DNA from: Rhodobacter capsulatus SB 1003
Lineage (GTDB): Bacteria; Pseudomonadota; Alphaproteobacteria; Rhodobacterales; Rhodobacteraceae
DNA length: 32,000 bases
Assembly (NCBI RefSeq): GCF_000021865.1
Contig: NC_014034.1
Coordinates: 1,650,001-1,682,000 of the forward strand
Direction of reading: 5' to 3'
The notes under the pieces are model-generated. The model was not told the DNA's origin. It ran no database searches and was given only the letters and a program-made list of their open reading frames with translations. Numbering within the stretch: position 1 is the first letter of the stretch; each line of letters begins with the position of its first letter. Shown in pieces: positions 20,368-27,725 of this stretch. Position numbers and translations under genes: made by a program.

Positions 20368-20762
20368 CGGCAAATCCGTGAATATAATGTCGCGGTCTGG
20401 CCAAAAAGCGTTCCGAAAGTTGCGCAAACCGGCAAGTCGGGCGACATTTCCGAAAAATTGCCCCCGGTTCGGGCGGCGCAAGGGCGTATTTGCACCAAGA
20501 AGAAACCCCGTGCCGAGTCGGGGCGGGGGGCGGTTTCGCGCGCCGGTTGCAAAGGCCGGAGGCGGCGCGTTTTCGCTTTTCTTCATTTGGTCAAATCTTT
20601 ATCCTTTCGCCCATTCGGACCATCGCCTCGCCGAATTTCCGTGGGATTGGTAAGATAATCGGACCGGAAAGGGCCGTTTTTCTTGATTTCCACCCCGCAA
20701 CCCGGCAAGGAAGGCCGCAGCCCCCGCAGGGGGCAAGGGAAATAAGGGAAGGGGAGGAGACG

Positions 20763-21335
20763 ATGGGCGCTTTGCTTGCCCTCGCACGGGTCATAGACCG
20801 CATCAACGAATTCATCGGCAAGTCGGTGTCCTGGCTCATTCTGGTGGCGGTTCTGGTCTCGGCGACCAATGCCGCCATCCGCAAGATCTTCGACATCTCG
20901 TCGAACGCCTGGCTCGAGGCGCAATGGTATCTTTTCGGCGCCGCCTTCCTGATGGCCGCCGCCTATACGCTGAAACAGAACGAGCACATCCGCATCGACA
21001 TCGTCTATGGCGCCTTCTCGCGCCGGGTGCAGCACTGGATCGACCTTTTCGGCCATGTCTTCTTCCTGATGCCCTTCCTTGTGCTGATGCTGTGGCTGAT
21101 GTTCCCCTGGCTGATGATGTCCGTGCGTTCGGGAGAGGTGTCGACGAACTCGGGCGGGCTGATCATCTGGCCGGCGAAATCGCTGTTGCTGATCGGCTTT
21201 GCGCTGCTTTTCGCGCAGGGCCTGTCGGAGATCATCAAGAAGATCGGGGTGATGCGGGGGCTGATCGCGGATCCGCACACCTTCACCGGCCATCACGGCG
21301 CGGCCGAGGCTTTCGTTGAAGAGGACGGCATCTGA
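20763..21335 (+). CDS. TRAP transporter small permease subunit (DctQ family)
   Basis: Start ATG 20763 after GGGGAGGAGA. The 190-aa product has four predicted TM helices and a DctQ-like N-terminus, MGALLALARVIDRINEFIGKSVSWLIL. Its stop overlaps the next start (TGATG at 21333-21337). Confidence 0.88.
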   Translation: MGALLALARVIDRINEFIGKSVSWLILVAVLVSATNAAIRKIFDISSNAWLEAQWYLFGAAFLMAAAYTLKQNEHIRIDIVYGAFSRRVQHWIDLFGHVFFLMPFLVLMLWLMFPWLMMSVRSGEVSTNSGGLIIWPAKSLLLIGFALLFAQGLSEIIKKIGVMRGLIADPHTFTGHHGAAEAFVEEDGI

Positions 21336-23170
21336 TGCTGATGGAACTCATCGCGCAGAACATGGCGCCGATCATGTTCGTCTCGCTCATCGTCTTTCTG
21401 CTGCTGGGCTATCCGGTGGCCTTCTCGCTGGCGGCGAACGGGCTTGTCTTCTTCATCATCGGGGTCGAACTGGCGCCGCTTTCGGGCGGCTCGATCAATC
21501 TGGACTGGCCGCTTCTGAATGCGATGCCGGAACGGTTCTGGGGGGTCTTGTCGAACGAGACATTGCTGGCCATTCCCTTCTTCACCTTCATGGGGATCTT
21601 GCTGGAAAAATCCGGCATGGCCGAGGATCTGCTCGACACGATCGGCCAGCTTTTCGGGCCGATCCGCGGCGGGCTGGCCTATGCGGTGATCCTTGTCGGG
21701 GCGCTTCTGGCGGCGACGACCGGCGTCGTTGCGGCCTCGGTGATCGCGATGGGGCTGATCTCGCTGCCGATCATGCTGCGCTATGGCTATGACCGGCGCA
21801 TCGCGAGCGGTGTCATCGCCGCCTCGGGCACCTTGGCGCAGATCATTCCGCCGTCCCTCGTGCTGATCGTTCTGGCCGACCAGCTGGGCCGGTCGGTGGG
21901 CGACATGTACAAGGGCGCGCTGATCCCGGGTCTGGTGCTGACCGGGCTTTACATGCTTTACGTGCTGGTGATGTCGATCCTGCGGCCGAATTCCATGCCC
22001 GCGCTGCCGAAAGAGGCGCGCACGCTGGGCCAGGGCGTGCTGTCGTTCTTTGTCGCCATGGGCATCGGCATTGCCATCTTCGTGGCGGCGCAGCACTGGC
22101 TGGCGGGCACCGGCGCGGCGAAGAACGCGGGGATCCTTGCGGCCTCGATCGCGGTGATCTTCGTCTATGTCATGGCGCTGATCGACAAGGCCACCGGCCT
22201 GGACCGGATGAGCCATCTGGCGCAGCAGGTCATCATCGTGCTGATCCCGCCGCTTGCGCTGATCTTCCTGGTTCTGGGCACGATCTTCCTTGGCATCGCC
22301 ACGCCGACCGAGGGCGGTGCGATGGGCGCGGTGGGGGCGCTGATCCTCTCGGCGGTGAAGAAGCGGCTCTCGCTGGAAGTCGTGCGCGAGGCGCTGGCGG
22401 CCACCACCCGGCTTTCGGCCTTCGTGATGTTCATCCTTTTGGGCGCGCGGGTGTTCTCGCTGACCTTCTACGGGGTGAACGGCCATATCTGGGTCGAGCA
22501 TCTGCTGGTGTCGCTGCCGGGCGGCGAGACCGGGTTCCTGATCTTCGTCTCGCTTCTGGTGTTCTTCCTCGCCTTCTTCCTCGATTTCTTCGAGCTGGCC
22601 TTCATCATCGTGCCGCTGCTGGTTGCGCCCGCCGAGGCGCTTGGCATCGATCTGATCTGGTTCGGGGTGATCCTGGGGGTGAACATGCAGACCTCGTTCA
22701 TGCATCCGCCCTTTGGTTTCGCGCTGTTCTTCCTGCGTTCGGTGGCGCCGAAGGTGCCCTTCCTCGACAAGGTGACGGGCAAGCTGACCGAGCCGGTGAA
22801 GACCTCGCAGATCTATTGGGGGGCGGTGCCGTTCGTCTGCATCCAGATCGTGATGATCGCGGTGGTGATCGCCTTCCCGCAGCTGGTGATGCATTACAAG
22901 GGCAAGCCGGTCGATGTCTCGCATGTGACGGTCACCGTGCCGGGCGGCATCGGGGGCGGTCTGGGCGGTGGTCTGGGCATGCCGGGCGGGCTCGGCCTGC
23001 CGCCGATCGGGGCGCAGCCGGGGGCGGTTCCCGCGCCGGGGGGCCTGGGCGGTCTGCCGCCGGGTCTGGGCGCGCCCGCGGGGCAGCCGGTCACGCCGCC
23101 TGCCGGGGGCGCAAGCCTTGGCATCCCGGCGCCGCTGGGTCTGGGCGGGGCGCCGATCACCGGCAACTGA
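21335..23170 (+). CDS. TRAP transporter large permease subunit (DctM family) with a Gly/Pro-rich C-terminal tail
   Basis: 611-aa polytopic protein with DctM-like segments (LLAIPFFTFMGILLEKSGMAEDL, ATTGVVAASVIAMG, ASGTLAQIIPPS, ATPTEGGAMGA). The last 80 or so aa are GGIGGGLGGGLGMPGGLGLPP... Confidence 0.9.
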   Translation: MLMELIAQNMAPIMFVSLIVFLLLGYPVAFSLAANGLVFFIIGVELAPLSGGSINLDWPLLNAMPERFWGVLSNETLLAIPFFTFMGILLEKSGMAEDLLDTIGQLFGPIRGGLAYAVILVGALLAATTGVVAASVIAMGLISLPIMLRYGYDRRIASGVIAASGTLAQIIPPSLVLIVLADQLGRSVGDMYKGALIPGLVLTGLYMLYVLVMSILRPNSMPALPKEARTLGQGVLSFFVAMGIGIAIFVAAQHWLAGTGAAKNAGILAASIAVIFVYVMALIDKATGLDRMSHLAQQVIIVLIPPLALIFLVLGTIFLGIATPTEGGAMGAVGALILSAVKKRLSLEVVREALAATTRLSAFVMFILLGARVFSLTFYGVNGHIWVEHLLVSLPGGETGFLIFVSLLVFFLAFFLDFFELAFIIVPLLVAPAEALGIDLIWFGVILGVNMQTSFMHPPFGFALFFLRSVAPKVPFLDKVTGKLTEPVKTSQIYWGAVPFVCIQIVMIAVVIAFPQLVMHYKGKPVDVSHVTVTVPGGIGGGLGGGLGMPGGLGLPPIGAQPGAVPAPGGLGGLPPGLGAPAGQPVTPPAGGASLGIPAPLGLGGAPITGN

Positions 23171-23188
23171 GCCTGATGACAAGACAAG

Positions 23189-23220
23189 ACGGCGGTCCCC
23201 CGAGGCCGCCGTTTTCGTTT
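23189..23220 (+). terminator. Intrinsic terminator after the TRAP QM genes
   Basis: ACGGCGG(TC)-CCCCGA-(GG)CCGCCGT hairpin (7 perfect pairs plus 2 more including a U-G wobble), followed by TTTTCGTTT, 19 nt after the stop. Confidence 0.7.
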
Positions 23221-23393
23221 GGCCGAGGCCATCGCCGAGGCCCCGTGCGACATCGGCCCCGTGACGGCCGGGGGCCCAAAGGCCCTCGGTGAGCCGCCCG
23301 CCCCGCCCATGGCGGGCGCTTCTCGCCCGCCGGGACGGGCGCTGGCCTCTGTTGCGCTTGGGGAAACGGTCCAGGCCAGACCCTGTGCACTTG

Positions 23394-23430
23394 CGGGCGG
23401 GGAAACGCGATGCGTTTCCTTTTCCGCCCG
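23394..23430 (+). terminator. Second terminator-like composite hairpin in the long gap upstream of the acyl-CoA ligase gene
   Basis: CGGGCGG-GGAAACGC-GAT-GCGTTTCC-TTTT-CCGCCCG. The inner perfect 8-bp stem is followed by T4, and the outer 7-bp arms bracket it. Confidence 0.4.
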
Positions 23431-23601
23431 AACCTGCCGCATTGCAGCAAATGCCGTAACGTCAATTCTGCGCTGCGGCCTTTCGCCCGTGCGACCGCTT
23501 GACACGAGAAGCCCGAGCCGTCGGAATACGCCCGAGGAGTGAGGACCCCGGCCGCAGCCCCGAGGAAGGCCGCCGCCGGGGTCGTATCGAGGGAGGAACC
23601 G

Positions 23602-25245
23602 ATGCAGAATTCGATGATGCACCTGCCGCTGGTGATCGGGTCTTTGGCCGATCACGTCGAGCGGTTTCACGCCGCGACCGAGGTGGTCTCGGTCGAGACC
23701 ACGGGCGAGGTGACCCGGACCGGCTGGGGCGCGGTGATCGGCAATGCCCGCCGTCTGGCCTCGGCCTTGGAGATGCACGGGGTGATGCAGGGCGACCGCT
23801 GCGGCACCATCGCCTGGAACACGCGCCGCCATCTGGAAATCTATTTCGGCGTCTCGGGCGGCGGCATGGTCTGCCACACGCTGAACCCGCGCCTTGCGGC
23901 GGAACAGCTCGTTTACATCGTCAACGATGCCCGCGACCGGGTGCTGTTCATCGACCGCGGCTTTGTTCCCACCATCGCCGGGCTGATCGACCAGATGCCC
24001 ACCGTGAAGATGGTGGTGATGATGGGCGCGCGCGACGAGGCGCTGGCGGCGCAGCTTGACGGGCTGCAGTTCTATGACGAGCTGATCGCGCAGGGCGATG
24101 CCGCCTTCCAATGGCCGCAGATCGCGGAAACCGAGCCCTCGTCGCTGTGCTACACCTCGGGCACGACGGGGCATCCGAAGGGCGTGCTTTACACCCACCG
24201 CTCGACGCTGTTGCACACTTTGGCGGGCAATTCGCCTGACGGGCTGGCGCTCTCGGCGCGCGACAGCGTGATGCCCGCGGTGCCGATGTTCCATGTCAAC
24301 GCCTGGGGCGTGCCCTATATCGCCGCGGCGGTGGGGGCGAAACTGGTGCTGCCCGGCCCGAAGCTGGACGGCGAAAGCCTGGCGCGGCTGATCGCGGCCG
24401 AGCGGGTGAGCCTTGCGCTTGGCGTGCCCACGGTCTGGCTGGGGCTCTTGCAGGGGCTGGAGGCCACCGGGGCGGATGTGTCCTGCCTGAAACGCGCGAT
24501 GGTGGGGGGGACCGCGCTGCCGCCCTCGATGATCGCGGAATTCCGCGACCGCTATGGCGTCGATCTGGTGCATCTGTGGGGGATGACGGAAACCAGCCCC
24601 TTGGGCACGGTGAACCAGCTCTTGCAAAAGCACGTCGCCCTGCCGCCCGAGGCGCAGGCCGAACGCCGTCTGGCGCAGGGGCGTCCGCCCTATGGCGTGC
24701 AGCTGCGGCTGGTGGACAGCGCCGGTCACGTCCTGCCGCATGATGGCGTGACGCAGGGCGAATTGCAGATCCGCGGTCACTGGATCGTCGACACCTATTA
24801 CAACAAGGACCGCTCGGCGCTGACTTTTGACGGCTGGTTCGACACCGGCGACATCGCGACGATCGACCCGGATGGCTACATGGTGATCCGGGATCGGTCG
24901 AAGGACATCATCAAGTCGGGCGGCGAATGGATTTCCACGGTCGAGCTGGAAAACATCGCCATTGCCCATCCCGCGGTGGCCAATGCCGCCGCCATCGCCG
25001 CGCGGCATCCGAAATGGGACGAACGCCCGGTGGTGATCGTGCAGCGCCATCTGCGCATGGAGGTGAGCGAGGAGGAGATCCTCGCCTGCTACAAGGGCAA
25101 GGTGCCGAACTGGCAGATCCCGGACCGGGTGCTCTTCATCGACAACCTGCCCTTGGGCGCGACGGGCAAGGTGGTCAAGGCGCGGCTGCGCGAGCTTTAC
25201 GGCGAGGTGCTGATGCCCGAGACGGCGGAAGCCGAACCGGCCTGA
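23602..25245 (+). CDS. AMP-dependent acyl-CoA synthetase / fatty-acid--CoA ligase (FadD-like)
   Basis: Start ATG 23602 after GGGAGGAA. Adenylate-forming motifs YTSGTTGHPKGV, GWFDTGD and IKSGGEWIS. 547 aa. Confidence 0.88.
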   Translation: MQNSMMHLPLVIGSLADHVERFHAATEVVSVETTGEVTRTGWGAVIGNARRLASALEMHGVMQGDRCGTIAWNTRRHLEIYFGVSGGGMVCHTLNPRLAAEQLVYIVNDARDRVLFIDRGFVPTIAGLIDQMPTVKMVVMMGARDEALAAQLDGLQFYDELIAQGDAAFQWPQIAETEPSSLCYTSGTTGHPKGVLYTHRSTLLHTLAGNSPDGLALSARDSVMPAVPMFHVNAWGVPYIAAAVGAKLVLPGPKLDGESLARLIAAERVSLALGVPTVWLGLLQGLEATGADVSCLKRAMVGGTALPPSMIAEFRDRYGVDLVHLWGMTETSPLGTVNQLLQKHVALPPEAQAERRLAQGRPPYGVQLRLVDSAGHVLPHDGVTQGELQIRGHWIVDTYYNKDRSALTFDGWFDTGDIATIDPDGYMVIRDRSKDIIKSGGEWISTVELENIAIAHPAVANAAAIAARHPKWDERPVVIVQRHLRMEVSEEEILACYKGKVPNWQIPDRVLFIDNLPLGATGKVVKARLRELYGEVLMPETAEAEPA

Positions 25246-25335
25246 GCGCGGGCGGGCGGGTCTGCGCACCCGCCCCCCTTGCCCGGGACGCGCGGGGATT
25301 GTATGACCCGGCCAACCCCGCGAAAGGACAGTGCC

Positions 25336-26463
25336 ATGCGCGCCGAAATGCTCAACATCGTGGAAGCCGTCCGCAAGACGCTCAGGCTGCTTGCGCAGCG
25401 CATGGATCTGGAAACCGCGCCGCACCGGCTGGAAGAATTCAACGCCATGATCGAGCATGGCGATCTGTGGTCCGATCCGGCCCGCGCGCAAAAGCTGATG
25501 CGCGAGCGGCAGATGCTGATGGACAAGCTGGAAACCTATCGCCGCATCGACCGCGATCTGACCGACAACATCGAGCTGATCGAGCTGGGCGAGATGGAGG
25601 ACGATCCCGAAATCGTCGCCGAGGCGGAAAAATCGCTGCGCGCACTGAAGGAACTGGCCGCCGCCAAGGAGCTGGAAGCGCTTCTGGATGGCGAGGCGGA
25701 CGGCAACGATACTTTCCTTGAGATCAACGCGGGCGCGGGCGGCACGGAAAGCTGCGACTGGGCCTCGATGCTGGCGCGGATGTACACCCGTTGGGCCGAG
25801 AAAAAGGGCTATACGGTCGAGCTGCAATCGGAAACCGCGGGCGATGAGGCGGGGATCCGCTCGGTCGCCTACAAGATTTCCGGGCAGAATGCCTATGGCT
25901 GGCTGAAATCGGAATCGGGCGTGCACCGACAGGTGCGGATTTCGCCCTATGACTCGGCGGCGCGGCGGCATACGTCGTTCAGCTCGGTCTGGGTCTATCC
26001 GGTCGTCGACGACAATATCGAGATCGACATTCCGGCCAGCGACATCCGCATCGACACCTATCGGTCCTCGGGCGCGGGCGGGCAGCACGTCAACACCACC
26101 GACTCGGCGGTGCGGATCACCCACTTGCCGACGAATATCGTGGTGACCAGCTCGATGAAATCGCAGCACCAGAACCGCGAGGCCGCGATGAACGCCCTGC
26201 GGGCGCGGCTTTACCAGATGGAACTCGACAAGCGCAACGCCGCGATCAACGCCCAGCACGAGGCCAAGGGCGAGGCGGGCTGGGGCAACCAGATCCGCTC
26301 TTACGTGCTGCAGCCCTATCAGATGGTGAAAGACCTGCGCACCGGCCACGAGACCTCGGACACCCAGGGCGTGCTGGACGGCGATCTGGATGCGTTCATG
26401 GCGGCGACGCTGGCGATGGATGTGGCGGGCAAGTCGCGCGCCGACGCGAATTCGGACGATTGA
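25336..26463 (+). CDS. prfB: Peptide chain release factor 2, encoded in a single frame
   Basis: Start ATG 25336 after AAAGGA. GGQ motif (SSGAGGQHVNTTDSAVRITH), and an RF2 tripeptide region reading RISPYDS. 375 aa. Confidence 0.95.
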   Translation: MRAEMLNIVEAVRKTLRLLAQRMDLETAPHRLEEFNAMIEHGDLWSDPARAQKLMRERQMLMDKLETYRRIDRDLTDNIELIELGEMEDDPEIVAEAEKSLRALKELAAAKELEALLDGEADGNDTFLEINAGAGGTESCDWASMLARMYTRWAEKKGYTVELQSETAGDEAGIRSVAYKISGQNAYGWLKSESGVHRQVRISPYDSAARRHTSFSSVWVYPVVDDNIEIDIPASDIRIDTYRSSGAGGQHVNTTDSAVRITHLPTNIVVTSSMKSQHQNREAAMNALRARLYQMELDKRNAAINAQHEAKGEAGWGNQIRSYVLQPYQMVKDLRTGHETSDTQGVLDGDLDAFMAATLAMDVAGKSRADANSDD

Positions 26464-26467
26464 GCCG

Positions 26468-27022
26468 GTGGCGGCACGGGTCTATATCACCGGCGCCGCC
26501 GGGTCCGGCACCTCTACGCTTGGCCGCGCCTTGGCGGCCGAGCTTGATCTGCCCTTTCTGGATACCGACGATTTCTACTGGGCGCCGACCGCCCAGCCCT
26601 TCACGCAAAAGCGCCCCGTGGCCGAGCGGCTGGCGCTGATCTCGGCGGCGCAGCTGGGGCAGGGGCGTGAGGGCGGCTGGGTGCTGGCGGGCTCCTGCGA
26701 CGGCTGGGGCGACACGGCCATTGCCGGGGCCGGGCTGATCGTCTTCCTGACCGCGCCGACGCCGGTGCGGCTGGCCCGCATCCGCCGCCGCGAGGGCGAG
26801 AAATTCGGCGACCGCATCCGTCCGGGCGGCGACATGGAACTGGCGCATGCGCAATTCCTGAAATGGGCGGCAAGCTATGACGACCCCTATTTTTCTGGCC
26901 GGTCGCTGACGCGGCACCGCAACTGGCTTTCGGGCCGCCCCGAGCCGGTGCTGGAACTGTCGGGCTCGATGCCGCTGGAAGATCTGCTGGCCAAGGTGCT
27001 GGCTCGTCTCAAGGCGCTCTGA
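26468..27022 (+). CDS. Small P-loop NTPase-fold protein (adenylate/shikimate-kinase-like) with a Lys-less Walker A
   Basis: Probable GTG start at 26468, 5 nt after the prfB stop. N-terminus VAARVYITGAAGSGTSTLGRALA, then LDTDDFYW. An in-frame ATG at 26420 inside prfB is a less likely start. Confidence 0.75.
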   Translation: MAARVYITGAAGSGTSTLGRALAAELDLPFLDTDDFYWAPTAQPFTQKRPVAERLALISAAQLGQGREGGWVLAGSCDGWGDTAIAGAGLIVFLTAPTPVRLARIRRREGEKFGDRIRPGGDMELAHAQFLKWAASYDDPYFSGRSLTRHRNWLSGRPEPVLELSGSMPLEDLLAKVLARLKAL

Positions 27023-27031
27023 TCGCGCTAT

Positions 27032-27057
27032 TTTATCTTGCCACAAATATCCCGGGG
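27032..27057 (+). repeat. Copy 2 of the 26-nt intergenic motif, followed 3 nt later by a bulged hairpin (27061-27100)
   Basis: TTTATCTTGCCACAAATATCCCGGGG. The hairpin is GACGGG-(ATCGAA)-AAAGCCTTCC-GGT-GGAAGGCTTT-CCCGTC. Starts 10 nt after the stop of the P-loop gene. Confidence 0.5.
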
Positions 27058-27170
27058 TGAGACGGGATCGAAAAGCCTTCCGGTGGAAGGCTTTCCCGTC
27101 GAACGGGCTGCCCATGGCAGCCCTGCGGGCAGAGCCCCGGCCTTGCCCGGTCACCCCCTGCAACGCCAAA

Positions 27171-27200
27171 AGAAAAGGGCGGCCGAAGCCGCCCTTTCGT
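27171..27200. terminator. Bidirectional intrinsic terminator between convergent genes
   Basis: AGAAAA-GGGCGGC-CGAA-GCCGCCC-TTTCGT: a perfect 7-bp GC stem with an A tract upstream and a T tract downstream. It lies 19 nt beyond the bactofilin stop. Confidence 0.65.
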
Positions 27201-27218
27201 CCCGTTCCCGGGAAAGAC

Positions 27219-27725
27219 TTACTGGCCGCTATAGGGCTGGTCCGGCGTGGGGGCCATCAGCTTGGGCGCATTCGCGCCCTGCAGCGGATCGTCCTGCCGC
27301 TGCACCGAGCCCTCGAAATGGGCGCCCGATTCAATCGCGATCGTCTTGTGGATGATGTCGCCTTCGACCCGCGCGGTCGAGGTCAGGCGCACCTTCAGCC
27401 CGCGCACGCGGCCGACGACGCGGCCATGCACGACGACGTCATCGGCGACGATTTCGCCCTTGATCGTGGCGCTTTCGCCCACCGTCAGCAGATGCGCGCG
27501 GATGTCGCCCTCGACGATCCCTTCGACCTGAACGTCGCCCGTGGTCTTGATGTTGCCCGTCACCGTCAGATCCGCCGACAGCACCGAAGCCGCCGCCTTG
27601 GGCCGCGTCGTGGCGGGGACGAATTCGCCCAAGGACCGCGGCGGCACCGCGCTTGCCTCGGGTTTCTTCTCGGGTTCGGAGGCCGTTTTCGGGCCGGGTT
27701 CGTGGATCTTGCTTTTAGAAAACAT
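27219..27725 (-). CDS. Bactofilin (polymer-forming cytoskeletal protein, DUF583 core)
   Basis: 168 aa. The repetitive beta-helix core reads LTVTGNIKTTGDVQVEGIVEGDIRAHLLTVGESATIKGEIVADDVVVHGRVVGRV...VEGDIIHKTIAIESGAHFEGSV. N-terminal MFSKSK resembles the bactofilin membrane-targeting motif. Pro-rich flanks. Confidence 0.88.
   Translation of the reverse strand: MFSKSKIHEPGPKTASEPEKKPEASAVPPRSLGEFVPATTRPKAAASVLSADLTVTGNIKTTGDVQVEGIVEGDIRAHLLTVGESATIKGEIVADDVVVHGRVVGRVRGLKVRLTSTARVEGDIIHKTIAIESGAHFEGSVQRQDDPLQGANAPKLMAPTPDQPYSGQ

Noticed and set aside
20378-20653. 91-aa + strand ORF, and the 176-aa and 62-aa - strand ORFs, in the ilv-TRAP intergenic region
   Set aside because: The products are Arg/Pro/Gly-rich. 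There is no RBS, codon bias is poor, and the ORFs overlap the ilv leader or ilvI start. I treat the region as non-coding.
22936-23167. Repetitive GGC/CTG/CCG-rich DNA that could be taken for a tandem repeat or array
   Set aside because: It is in frame within the TRAP M gene and encodes the Gly/Pro/Leu-rich tail. It has no regular repeat-spacer structure, so it is not a CRISPR array or a satellite.
25254-25275. Hairpin GGGCGGG-TCTGCGCA-CCCGCCC just after the acyl-CoA ligase stop
   Set aside because: There is no downstream T tract. It may stabilise the mRNA or act as a weak terminator, but the evidence is too thin to annotate.
25336-25450. Looked for the programmed +1 frameshift site (CTT TGA C after a Shine-Dalgarno-like element) that is typical of many prfB genes
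   Set aside because: The whole RF2 reading frame is continuous from ATG 25336, with no in-frame TGA near codon 25. This is a non-frameshifting prfB, which occurs in a number of bacterial lineages.
25930-25960. The RF2 stop-codon recognition tripeptide reads SPY instead of the textbook SPF
   Set aside because: From memory, other alphaproteobacterial RF2 sequences also have SPYDS here, so this is probably a lineage-typical variant and not an anomaly. An alignment is needed to be certain.
21293-26349. - strand ORFs of 629 aa and 1151 aa antisense to the TRAP M, acyl-CoA ligase and prfB genes
   Set aside because: Shadow ORFs with extreme Arg/Pro/Gly/His content. All three sense genes carry family motifs.
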